Part shown: in pieces, positions 25,374-37,399 of the stretch
Layout: every line of letters begins with the position of its first letter
Numbering within the stretch: position 1 is the stretch's first letter
NCBI GenBank assembly: GCA_011109175.1
Contig: RDEW01000006.1
Span: forward strand, 1,240,632-1,304,631
Reading direction: 5' to 3'
Length of the DNA stretch: 64,000 nucleotides
Source of the DNA: Dicyema japonicum
Taxonomy: Eukaryota > Animalia > Dicyemida
Notes under the pieces: model-generated
What the model saw: only the letters and a program-made list of their open reading frames with translations
What the model was told of the DNA's origin: nothing
The model's database searches: none
Made by a program: the position numbers and the translations under genes

Positions 25374-26617
25374 ATGTGTGCGTTAGTAAGATTATTTTAA
25401 ATTTCCCAGAGTTTCTACCGAATCTGAAGATTCTTCCACGACGGATAAAGAATCCAAGTATGAATATCTGAAGGTAATCGGCGAAGGATCATTTTCTACA
25501 GTATATTTGTGCAGAAACAAAAATACAGACGTGGAATATGCCTTGAAAAAGTGCAGTAAAGCTACAATTATTAACAAAAAGGCGACAAAACTCATATTTG
25601 CCGAGAAAAATATTCTCATTTTGCTCAGCAACAGGCACCCCTTATAATAACGCTCGTTGAATCTTTCAAAACTGCGGACAGTCTCGTTTTCGTGTTCGAA
25701 TACTGCAAAATCAGGACCTGCTACACCTAATCAACTCCCGGAAACCTCTCCTTTGGGAATCCGTGGTTTTTTACGCTGCCCAGTTGATATCTGCCCTTGA
25801 GTTTATCCACAACAACAACGTGGTCCACCGGGATGTGAAACCGAGCAACATTCTGTTGGATAGAAAAATGAACATAAAACTGAGCGACTTTGGGACCGCA
25901 ATGGTTAATGAAACTGAGGATCTGGAGCGTATCAGACTTGATAGAAGTTCTAACTTTGTTGGACCGCTGAATATGTCTCTCCTGAAGTGTTGAAGGGCAA
26001 GGAAGTTGACTTTAGATGTGACTTATGGGCCCTTGGTTGTGTGATCTTCCACCTTGTCACCGGATGTCCCCCATTTAACAGCTTTTCGATGTTGGACGTG
26101 TTTTCTAAGGTCATCAGGGGGTCTTTGCTGTACCCTGATGATTTCGATATGCTCGAGGACGACGCTCATAGTCTGATCTCCAGATTGGTTGTCGTAGATC
26201 CGACTGAAAGGCTGGGATCTGGAGAACAGGGTGATCTCAGAAGCGTTCGAGGGCATCGTTTCTTCAGTAATGTGGATTGGTCCCTTCCTATTTCTGAGCA
26301 GAGATCGCCTGAACGTCCCCTGGGGTCCTCAGTTGAAGAAAAGGAGGACTTTTTCGTGGAGGTGGGTTTTATGAGGAGAAGGGATCAGTGTGAGGGTCAT
26401 GAAACCGTCGAAGACACCGAGGGAGAAGTCTGGATTTGGAGCAATGGTGGAGCTAACCACGCCCGGAAGGAAAAAACCTGTAGTTGTGGTTGTGGACCGA
26501 TTGAAGGTGAAGTCTGATTCTGTCCTAACCATTCGACTTGAATCTAACATGGAATTTGATGTAATGTGTCCTTCCTGCGAGGCTGCCATGGATTTGGCTG
26601 ATACGATTTACGGATGA
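25374..26617 (+). CDS. PDPK1: 3-phosphoinositide-dependent protein kinase 1-like (AGC kinase with a divergent PH-like tail)
   Basis: IGEGSFSTV, HRDVKPSNILL, DFG, SNFVGTAEYVSPE, DLWALGC. Requires restoring single bases at about 25643, 25710 and 25964, plus a shift near 26385; the start is approximate. Confidence 0.85.
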
Positions 26618-27179
26618 CAGTTTATAACTTTTAATGCTGAGATGTGTTCGTTAATAATAATATGTGTTCGTTAAGTGTTATAACTCGTTTAATGTGGTGA
26701 CTACTTGTCGGAACTGCGAATAAATTGGTACTAAACATGTGTTCTGGAGTGAGGTTGTAAAGTATGTGATGTGCTCAAAATGAGGAATTACTTGAGGATG
26801 TATATGATGTCCAAACTTCTTTTGGATATTTTAGTCTCTGTTGAGAAGTCGTTACGACTATTTGGGTCTAATAAAATTTTGAGAAAATATGAGACTAAAA
26901 GTTTCCCATTAAGAATATGTTATGGACGTTCAATAGGGTTACCGCTTTATTAGAATACAAATTAATAACATTTACTGATGACTTTACCCTCGTTGGATAA
27001 CATCTTCCATTATGGTAATTATCCCATTTACTCTTAGTGGACTTACTGATGATGTTAGTAATGATATTGACTCAACTTCCAGTCGGTAGTCTGTGACAGA
27101 TGGTGCCGTCAACAATGCTTATTTTTTATTATTAGCACTTTCACGAAAGCCATAATATTTATAGCCCCGCATGTGCAGC

Positions 27180-27470
27180 AAAATATAAGAGAATTAGTTA
27201 GGTTGCTCCAAGCTCTTTCTCTTCTTTGAAGGTCCCTCAGTGAGTCTAGATCATCACAGATGCCAATGTTTTCAGATCGTTTTGTAGAACGACCGGGAGG
27301 GTAGTTCTCGGTCTTCCACGAAAGCGTTTTACATTGAAGGAGTAGAATTCCTCTTTAGAGGTGGCCCAGGTCCCAGAGTTGTATAGTAGGATTGGTTTGA
27401 TGAAGGTGTCGTATAACATAATCCTTTGTTTTATGTTATATTCTTTTCGTTTAGCCAATGCTTTTTTAGT
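27180..27470 (-). mobile_element. Internally deleted RTE 3' remnant
   Basis: LYDTFIKPILLYNSGTW joined directly to RFRGRPRTTL. Confidence 0.7.
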
Positions 27471-28290
27471 TGAATGAATATTATTTCACTAGTGATATGT
27501 GTACCGATCTTGAAAACTTAATACTTCAGAGATAAAACGAGACCATTATGTGATCACGACCTCTCTCAACGACCATCACATACTTACTGTTCCTCTCGGG
27601 GTCCCACACAATTAAATTAAAATAATTCCAAAGACCAAGGGTAACCAAACTAACTAACACCTTGATCCTGACTCGTTCCAGCATCCCACAACTTGTCTCC
27701 AAAAAACGACATTGTCCCCGGGAAAGAATAGTGGATCCTCTTGGTGCTGGTTAGGTATTGGGCGTCTCCTCATTAAGTGGATCCAATGACGCCATCAAAG
27801 GAAAAATAATTTTTGACTACTAGAACATAGCACCACATGACGCCACGCGGCCACGTTTAAAATTTTTCATACTTAATCATACATGTGCGCTCTAAAAAAT
27901 TTTGGAGTGAATTCCCCCCAATTCGTGACGGACACTTAGATTTAGTGTGAACTCTCAGTTCTCATCTGACATGAATAAATTAGAACATCATACGTACACA
28001 TTCAGAAACATCATTTTATAAGCTACCATGTCACCTACTCGACCACCATCAACAAGCTCTTATAAAGTGACCTTCTTCCAATATCTCCCACCCCCAATGC
28101 ACAAGAAAATGAGATATGCGGTTTTCACCAATCAGAAAAAGAGGATACTTTTCATAAAACAAAGTGACGTCACAAACTCAATATCCATAACCAACTCCAC
28201 AATAATACCTACAATCCCCTGCAAAGCAAATACAATCCCGCCAATTAAAGACTAAAATCTTTACAAAAATCAACAAATCACAATAAAGGA

Positions 28291-28978
28291 TTAAATGACA
28301 TATCTATAAGTCAAATAACGTCCAGCGGTCTCACTCGTTCTGGAAATCTTAACAACTTGCCCCCTCCTCAGTCCATAATACCTACAAACAGGATCAGAAA
28401 CTTGAATTCTGGGCAACTGAGTCTCCTTAATCTTACTAAACGAGTCACAATACAAGTCACTATTTTGCCAAAAGCTGCTTTTTTTGTTCTTCAGTCATCA
28501 GCTCGTGTTTGGGGACCAGATAGTGTTTTGTAATGTTTATGAGAAGTTCAGATTCAGAAAACTCCTCAATCATATATTTTGGTCTCATATTGACCAGTGC
28601 TTGCTTGGCCGAGGGAGTCAACGAGGCCTGGACTATGATTATGCTGCAGAAAGCCTCTTGTTTCTGCATTTCTATGCACAGCGTCTTTATTTGGCTGATC
28701 CCGACCTTCTTTTCGTCAGGAAAAAAGACCAACAGCCTTTCTGGAGATAATTACAAAACAAGAATACGCTGAATGTCGAATTGATGCTCGACGGTGATGT
28801 TCATGTCTTTTCGAGACTTTATCGTTCGACGGAAGTCTTCTAAGGAAAGATTTAGTTCATCTGAGCTAACTATGTAGTTTCTGTCGTTTAACATCTAATT
28901 TAATAAGGTTTGGTTATTTACTTCAAAGATGTTCTTGTGAATTCTCCAAAGACGATATGTTCCGTTTTCGTCATCCAT
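28291..28978 (-). CDS. POLR2E: RNA polymerase I/II/III subunit RPB5
   Basis: [13 protein letters not shown]...[10 protein letters not shown]...[14 protein letters not shown]...[25 protein letters not shown]; introns 27, 27 and 25 nt, no indels needed. Confidence 0.97.
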
Positions 28979-29138
28979 ACCACTACACAAAGTCAATTGA
29001 ATGTGCCAAATTATTTATTTATTCTTCTACAAATTAATTAATTAATTAAATTTATTAATTAAATTTGATAAATGTTTTTGTCACAAGACGACGTGGCTAC
29101 AAGACGATTGACAAAGAAAAAACTCTGTCGGAGAGACC

Positions 29139-31430
29139 GTGAATATATATAATCAAATCGACTACATTATCTTCCAAAAGTCTGATAAACACCTGCTAAA
29201 TGATGCACGTTCCTACCAGGGAACAACAACTGACAGCGGCCACAGGATCGTCATTGCAAAACTTTCTGTAAAAAAGCACCTGACTGGGACAAAATACATT
29301 GAAAAACGCGAAGAAGGCGAGACAAAGGCCCAATATATACTTTCAGACAGAAAATTGTGGTTAGAGCTCACTTGTAGAGCTAAATATCACGAACAAATCG
29401 AGACTCTTATGGAGAAAACTGCACCGGAATCATCAGTACGAACTCTGTGGGATCAAACAAAGCAGGTAATCTCCAAGTCGGCCAATATATGCCTTGGAGT
29501 CCGAAATCATCACGCCCTAAAATTGGATCACCATTCGAACGTGCAGAGATATGGCAAAGCATTGCAGAGAGCTACGGCTAAAAGCGGCAAACACGTCAGA
29601 CGAGAGTTAAAAAAAGAGCTAAATATCCAACAAAGGGAACTAAAATGGAAAATCAAAAAGATGAACAGAAAACACTCACGGGAAATTATTACATCCCTAT
29701 TGAAGATGTGGAATGTCTAAAGGACAATTCAAGGATGTATGCGGCTGCTGCGGACAAAGAAAGGACAAAACATCCTTCACATCAAAGACAAAGATGGAAA
29801 ATTAGTGGGTAACCTGAAAGAAAAAGCAGAATTGATTGCACGACACTTCGAAACACTGTTGAATAAAGAAAATAAAGTCTTTCCCCTTTTCCAGGGAGAA
29901 GCAAAGGCGCTAAAAATCACAGTGGAAGAGGTGAAATTAGCGATAAATAAACTGAAGAACAACAAGAGTGCTGGCCGGACAACATAAGCCCCTGAACTCC
30001 TAAAATCTGTGCCAAATATACTTAGCGACACAATTGCAAAAAACCCTAAATGACATCTTTGAAACATCTTTGATCTAGAACTTGGAAATAGATTATTAAT
30101 ACCCATACAAAAACCAATCAAATCAAAAGGACCAGTAAAAAATCTCAGCCCGATAATACTTTTGAATTCGATACGCAAGGTGCTGGCAAACATTGCACTA
30201 AGCCGGATAAAGGGTGTGGCGGATCTATACCTACCAGCAAGTCAAAGTGGGTTCCGAGAAGGGAGGTCTACGGCAGACATTGTATGGAGCCACAGATGGC
30301 GCTGCGCAACGCACCAAAGATTCAAGAGCGCAACAACAGATCTCTCCAGAGCTTTCGACTCAATAAACAGACAGAAACTGATGAATGTACTTGAGCAAAT
30401 ATTGGATGAATCGTCGGTTAGGATAATCAGACTACTACTTGCGAACACAAGACTATCTGTGAAGACAGAAGGAGCAACTTCCCGCAGTTTCAAAACAACG
30501 ATTGGGACACCCCAGGGTGATTCCCTCTCCCCTCTACTATTCACCATATACCTTGAATCTGCACTCTGCGATCTCCGTAAATGCTATATAGGAGACATAG
30601 AAGAGACATCTTATGCGGATGATGTGGATTTCGTATCACGGGACGTGACCGCACTCCAACACCTACTAGAAAATGCACCTGCGGAGCTTGAGAAATGGTT
30701 TCTCAGCGTAAATGTAAACAAAACTGAAATTACGGAAATCAAAAGAGAAGACGATATTACTCATGAAAGATGGAGACGTACTAATAAGCTCGGCTCTCTA
30801 CTAGGAGACGCTGAAGATGTACTAAGGAGGAAAACACTGGCAAATGCGGCAATGGCTAAACTGAAGAAAGGATGGCTAAGAGCCAAAGGACTTGGAATTG
30901 ACATCAGATGCAGGCTTTACAACGCGTTTGTGAAACCGATCCTACTGTAACGCTGGGACATGGGGAAGTTCCTTCAACGAACTATTGAAACTGGATTCGT
31001 TCCATAGAAGGCAACTAAGAAGCTTACTCGGAATGGAGTGGCCACGTAGAATATCAACCACTGGTATCTACAACAAGTGTATGTGTTCTTACATCAGCAA
31101 GGATGTGATAGATGCCCGGTGGAGGCTATTTGGGCATGTACTAAGATTGAACCCGGACGCACCCGCTAACAAAGCGATGGAAGATTACTTTGACAGTTGC
31201 GACAAACCCTTCCGCGGACGACCTAGATCGACACTTCCGACTGCCTTAAACAAAGACTTAAATCGTGTGAGAAAAAATCTAAAGACGGGGGACGACCTGG
31301 ACGAATTGAGATCACTCGCATTCGACAGAGGAAAATGGAAAAGACTAACTATAAATATTGTTTCTTTGAGTATTGCACATGCGGTAAACATTATGGCTTT
31401 CATGAAAGTGCCTTAATAATGATAAATGTC
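29139..31430 (+). mobile_element. RTE-clade LINE, 5'-truncated (end of APE plus RT), few disablements
   Basis: NQIDY, GFREGRST, GTPQGDSLSP, YADD, RWRLFGHVLR, RGRPR. Confidence 0.92.
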
Positions 31431-31992
31431 TAAGTGTAGATGCCTCCGGGTTTGAATCTCTGTGCTGCCCATTCCGGTTGAGGGTTCCACGCGTCTACGA
31501 TTCTTCTTGGATTGAAGAGTGACTGCATCCATTATTGCAGAACAGGATTGTCTCCAGGGACTCGCACGCAACCACGAAAAAAGTGAAATAAAAAACACTT
31601 TCGATTTCTTAGCTTCTTTGACGTATTGTGCTCATTCTTCGATTATTTCTTTTTTTAAATAAACAGTGTGCCCTGCCCAATCGGATGTTTGCGTAATGGA
31701 AACATTACTACTGCTTGGCTAATCATGTTGCATTGACGTGGCTTCATGTGGTCCATCTGTCTTGGGTGGAATGCCACCAGGCACGGAAATTACCTGAAAT
31801 AATTCCTTTTTAACACCTTTCTGTTTGTTGGTCCAAAAGAACGCTCCTAGGCACAGTAATCCCCTGAATGCGATAATAGTTCTTTTTAGTGACACTTAGC
31901 AAAAAAAACGATCCAAATAATCCACGTTAATTATTTTTCGGTTTTTGGTAACATTATTAGCAACAAACATGTTATCACATTGACTATCATCC

Positions 31993-32448
31993 TACACGTG
32001 CAGCGTCTGTTAGATGACCCTTAAAGTTAAGTGCGATTTGAACCTGGATCTGACGTCTCCCGAGTCCTTCACTTTGTCCATGTTCACAAGAAGGAAGACG
32101 TGGGCATTTATTCATCATGAGCTAAGTAGAAATTTCATGCAATAGTCACCACCTTAACCTAACGACCAATTCACAACTAACTTTTATTAGAATCCTCTAT
32201 CAGCTTAAGATCTTCCAATAAGTATCCTCTATCAGCTTAAGATCTTCCGCATACACAAAACTGTGAAACTGAAACGGGTCGCTATTTCCCTTATTTCTAA
32301 CATCTTTGATTTCTCCTGTTTTAGTACGCTCACTATATTTCTCGAAGATCTTCTAGCGATGGACGACTGGGAGATGTTGGATACACGTAGGATTCAGATT
32401 TGAATCGCATTTTACTTGAAGGGTCATCTAATAGAAACTGCACGTGTA
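31993..32448. repeat. Inverted pair of about 60-90 bp SINE-like repeats
   Basis: 31993-32085 (minus) and 32356-32448 (plus) share aatcgca..tt.aagggtcatctaa.aga..ctgcacgtgta; the minus copy has a B-box-like GGTTCAAATC. Confidence 0.55.
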
Positions 32449-32899
32449 TTTGTATTATATTAACAGCCTTTTACACATCACTCGAAGTTATTTTTAACGA
32501 GGGTTTTCCAAACTTAGCTCCGAGAATAGACAAAGCGACGACTCGGGAGACATGAGAGACTGAAAGTATGAACAAAGAAGGAAGTATCTGTATCCGAGTT
32601 CGAATCTTGATGGGATCATTTGTGAGAAGTTCCATGTATAGGAGATAACTATCATAATTCCGTGTATATTGCTATAATACACTCTTTCCTAACCTATTAG
32701 GCATCTGATGAGCATCTAAAGAGTCACATAGAATTATTTATTTCACCCAAGACCACTGTAAAACCAAACTAATTATCACGTGCATTTTAACAGAGACCTC
32801 ATCTTTGCCCGGTGTTCTTCCCTCGTGCCCGCGCATGAACATGCAGGACGGCTGACTGAATTTTCAGTGTCACCTTCCCGTGATCTGGATTCTAGTCTC

Positions 32900-33960
32900 A
32901 TAAGGGCCTCCAGAGGCGAAGGTCCGGTTCTGTGATCTTCACAAATCCAATTCTCCTTTACTCTGAAAGCCCTCTTTTGCATTTCCTTGATTTCCAAAAT
33001 ATGGATGGTCGCCACGAGGTGCACGCATATGAGAAACATGGCTCGATGTACTGTTTGTACACGTTCATCAGGATTGGTGAGTACCACTCTTCCATATTCC
33101 CGATAAACTTTTCAATCAGTTCCTTATCGCATTCTATAGAATTTTATCTACGTGTGGTGTCAGACGGAGACGCACATCAATTGTCACGCCCAAGATCCTT
33201 TGACATCTGTTGAAAGGAATGTCAACATTAACTTCAAGATGACTGTCTTCCTTTTTTCAGAGGTAGACGACTTCTCTGCATTCACCACGAGCCGGTTTTC
33301 CATTATCCAGGCATTAAGCCTGTCCAGGTTAATTTATATTCTTTCTGTGGCCTTCTGGATGTCCTGATCTCGCGAAGCCAACATAATTTCATCCACATAG
33401 GAGAGTAGAACATCATTATCTGATTCAAGAGTCGGGAGATCAGCCAGAAAAAGGTTAAACATAGCAGGGGATAAAGGAGATCCTAAAGGAAAATAGAATT
33501 GACAATTAAAGAAAAACCAAAGTTACCATGTACTTTAAGAGACAAATCAAATGTGGTCTCTGATTTGATATATGACGATGTCAGTGGATTCCTTAGCAAA
33601 AAGTTGCTTAATGGCGGGTCGTTGATTGAGGTACTTTGTAGCCTAGAAACCTGAATGCCCTACTTTTGGAGAATATAGTGACAGAACAAGTGGAATTGGG
33701 TCGTCTGATTTTTCGAATAATGAAGGAAGCTGTCCTTAAAATTTAGAGACTGTGGCCGAGATCACCAGGAATGACTATGGCTACTTAAGCTTCTTGAGAC
33801 TAATATCAATTCTCAACCGTTCGAGACCAGCAAATCAGTCAGAGACCTATCTGATTCTTCACAACCGGAAATTGTTGCCACACTCCACGTGCTTAGATAT
33901 AAACTGAGGAATGAATTCCCAAGAGCCTTGCCCATTAAAGGTATTCGCTGATGCAAAATC
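32900..33960 (-). mobile_element. Degenerate I/Jockey-like RT
   Basis: PLGSPLSPAMFNLFLADLP, SYVDEI, W...NRLVVNAEKS. Confidence 0.7.
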
Positions 33961-34390
33961 CGAAATTAAAAAATTCCATTTTTATCGATAAATTCTTATG
34001 AATTTTTTCGATAGTTTATTTCACAAAAAAATTGAGACAAAAATGTTCACTCAAAAAGGCGTCTATGTCCGAAAATAAGGTATTTATTTATTTAAAACAC
34101 CAAGACTACCAAGAAAAAGGTTAAACTCATTAGTTAGGTGATCCCAGCATCCAACATCTCGCGAATTCTCCTTGAATTTTCCGCCAGCGAGCCGACTGTT
34201 TTCTGGAAGTGCCTACTTTTTCAGAGATAATAAGATAATAATAACAACAGAGACCACGGTTACACAGACTCGGGTAAAATAAAATAAATTAACAAAATTG
34301 AAAAAATAACCGAAAAAGTAATTTATTATAAATTTAAAAATTATTTAATGATTAGTTATTAAATAAAATAAATAAAATTTATAGTACTAT

Positions 34391-36704
34391 ATGTGCGGAA
34401 TAATCGCTTATGTTGCCTCTTATCAAACTTCACTCAGTAAGGTCCTTCAAATCATAGTAAACGGACTCATCCGTATGGAATATCGCGGTTATGATTCCGC
34501 TGGTAAAGCATATTTGAGTTAAAAAGGAATCTGTTTTGACTATAAGTCCGCAAATGAGGACAAAATGTCGCTCATTCGCTCAGTGGGGTTCATTTCTAAG
34601 CTTGAAGCCAAAGTTAACGGTAATAAAATTTAATAAATCAGAATGGAAAGATTCGGTGGATCTTAGCGACTTGGAGAGTAACCAAACTGCCATGGGACAC
34701 ACCAGGTGGGCAACCCATGGAGTCCCCTGTGAGAAGAATTGTCATCCAATTGTTTCAAATCCCGGAGCAGGTTCTCCCAGAAATGTCAGTAAATTAGACT
34801 TTAGAGTGGTCCACAACGGAATAATTACAAATTACGACCAAATCAAGAAGTCCCTAGTAAATCGTCTAATTATGGCTTAGATGGACGCCGGACACTCATT
34901 CAGCAGTGACACTGACACTGAAGTGATCCTATTCTGCTGAAGGATCTCTATGACCAAAGGAGATGCGGTTTCGTCGACCTGTGCTACATTCTCTTGGACA
35001 AAATCGTACTTTTATTTGTGACTTCCAGGAGGGATCGTTCGCCTTGGCAATAACCAGTCGTCACTTTCCTGGGGAATGCCGTGGGAATAAGGTCACCCTC
35101 TTTTATATTCGAGGTACAAGAGTCCCTTGATTGTGGGAGTCAAATCAGAGAGCAACATCTCTGGGGAGAAAATACAAGGTATGCTTTCTTGCGTACCCAG
35201 TTCTCAAAAATTCCAATGACGAATCACGTGTTTTGGCAAACTCGGAGTTTTTCCTGACCTCTGACCCATGGTGGAGTGTTTTTACTCAAAGTGCTATCGT
35301 TGAGGAGACCAGGGACATTATTTACCTCTGCAACAAAGACGTCGTCATATCAGTAACGAGGGACTCCGTATTTTCAACTCGTGTGAGACCTGGTCGATTT
35401 CAGGGGGGTTTCTCACTGTCCTTTCGATGTTGAGCACATCAGAAAGGGGAGATTCAAGTACTTCATGGAAAAGGAGATTTATGAGCAGGATGAGCGGGTA
35501 AGGGACACCCTCAGAGGAAGAATTGGCTGTGATGGGGAACTCGGTGACTGTGATTACTTACTCCCAGGGAATGTTACCTTCCCTGAGCTTGAGAACCGTC
35601 TCTGTGGACTGGAAAAGTGCAAGAGGATCGTCATCTTTGGATGCGGGACCTCATTTTACAGTGGATTGGGAATAAAGCCGTTCATGCAAGAGATGACTCA
35701 GTGTGAAGTGACCGTGGTCACAGCATCGGAGTTTCTTGATTTCCCAATCTGCCTGAACCCCCAGACTGACGTTTACATCTTTGTCAGTCAATCAGGTACC
35801 TTGTTGCCACCTTTTGGTGAGACCGCGGATCTCCTCACAGCTCTTGCGTTCGTCAAGCAAAATTGCGAAAATTCGAAGACATTGTGTCTGACCAACAACA
35901 TTGGGAGTACTTTGGCGAGGGAATGTTCCGTTGTCCTCGACATACGAGCTGGTCCTGAGCTTGGAGTGGCCAGCACCAAGGCATACACGTGTCAAACCGT
36001 ATTATTTATCCTTGTGTCTCTGAAATTCTCTCAAATCATCAACGGTAAATCTTTCCTTCAATCGAGAAGATCCCAAGTCGTTGAGGGACTCGGTAGATTA
36101 TCTGGTAACACACTGAGAGCTAATTTGTTAGATGATATAAGCCACGTGCTTTCCATGCATGCTGAAATTAAGGGAATCGCCAAGGCATATTCAGATGCTA
36201 CGAACCTCCTGCTTGTTGGACGAGGCTACAGTCTTCCAGCCTGTTATGAGTCATCCCTGGTTATGTGTGATTTGATTTGCCAGAAAATAAAGGAACTGTC
36301 TTACATTCACAGTTCCGCGATTAACGCGGGGGAGTTAAAACACGGACCGCTCGCTTTGGTGGACGAAAAGACCCCTATAATATTCTTCCTGTTCAATGAT
36401 AGGTTTTATGACAAGTCATGCAATGCTCTGCAGCAGGTTATCGCTAGAAAGGTCGTATTTTTCTTATTTGAAGGGGAGACCGGTCCTGATTAGCTGTGGA
36501 AGAGTGAGAGTATGTTGAGGGATAACTGTCCGTTCAGTATTGAGGTCCCAAAGACGGTAGACTGTCTTCAGTTTGTCCCCTCGGTAATAGCCATGCAGAT
36601 ATTCGCAATGGAGTCTGCAAATTTGAGGGGATACAACGTATTGGGATGTCATTTCTTAGGTTGACCGGCCGAGGAACCTAGCCAAGTCAGTGACGGTGGA
36701 ATAA
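34391..36704 (+). CDS. GFPT1: Glutamine-fructose-6-phosphate aminotransferase (GFAT)
   Basis: [80 protein letters not shown]; about 14 introns of 21-27 nt and several single-base indels. Confidence 0.97.
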
Positions 36705-36871
36705 TTAATAATAGACTTTATTTAACTAAACATGTCCTTTTACTTTGTTGGCCTTACAGTTGTGTTCCAATATCTAGGAGTTATCTAAATTGGGGGACTT
36801 TGGTCTTGTTTTTGGTGAGTTGACTGACTGCACTTTGGGTCTGTGATTGCTGGGATTTTGGTTGATTTTCT

Positions 36872-37012
36872 TTATTTTCGTTGTGTGGCTGACTTTATCA
36901 GGGTAAAACTTTCTGCATTGAGGGGAAGGGAAGACCTTATTGTATAGCAGAGGAGAATCAGCAGGAATATTGCGACAGGAGGAACTATAATCCATGCTAA
37001 ACTTTCGTTCAT
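36872..37012 (-). CDS. Candidate 46-aa single-pass membrane microprotein
   Basis: MNESLAWIIVPPVAIFLLILLCYTIRSSLPLNAESFTLIKSATQRK*, directly downstream of an AT-rich tract like those in front of the other genes. Confidence 0.4.
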   Translation of the reverse strand: MNESLAWIIVPPVAIFLLILLCYTIRSSLPLNAESFTLIKSATQRK

Positions 37013-37399
37013 CCGTGAATTGCGATTAATTTAAATTAATAAATTAAATTACGCACAATTTGGTTAGTTTGACAAATTAACCATGAATTACTATTCCCTC
37101 CGCCTCATTGTTACCAATTCCTGTCTGATAGATTCTTGAGATCGTATTTACACCAGCCCTTCATGATCGAATTGCTTTATTTGTAAAGATTGAAAAACAG
37201 TAATGAGTAGGGCAACCAACTACAATTATTATTTATTTAATAACCCCGAAAAGGAAACACCAAGAAAGAAGGAGTAAACCAACTAATTAAGTGATCCCGG
37301 TACGCCTCAACAGGATCGAGAGGTTTTTCCTATGTTCCTCCAGAGTGGAAGACCTGGCAACCTACCCTGTATTTAAATGTCAAGAAAATCTTATGAACA

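Noticed and set aside
28000-28290. ORF 28028..28255 and a hydrophobic minus-strand frame after RPB5
   Set aside because: No recognisable homology and no upstream AT tract; more likely RPB5 3' UTR.
34050-34082. Possible Tc2/pogo-like terminal inverted repeat (minus TACCTTATTTTCGGAC)
   Set aside because: No partner end or transposase was found in the window.
25374-36704. Alternative genetic code (stop-codon reassignment) to explain broken ORFs
   Set aside because: The interruptions are introns or frameshifts, not in-frame stops at conserved positions; genes end in TAA or TGA and Trp is TGG.
20162-36704. Functional linkage of HCF and GFAT via O-GlcNAc
   Set aside because: They are 12 kb apart and separated by unrelated genes and TEs; eukaryotic neighbourhood alone is not evidence, and this HCF lacks the OGT-cleaved repeats.
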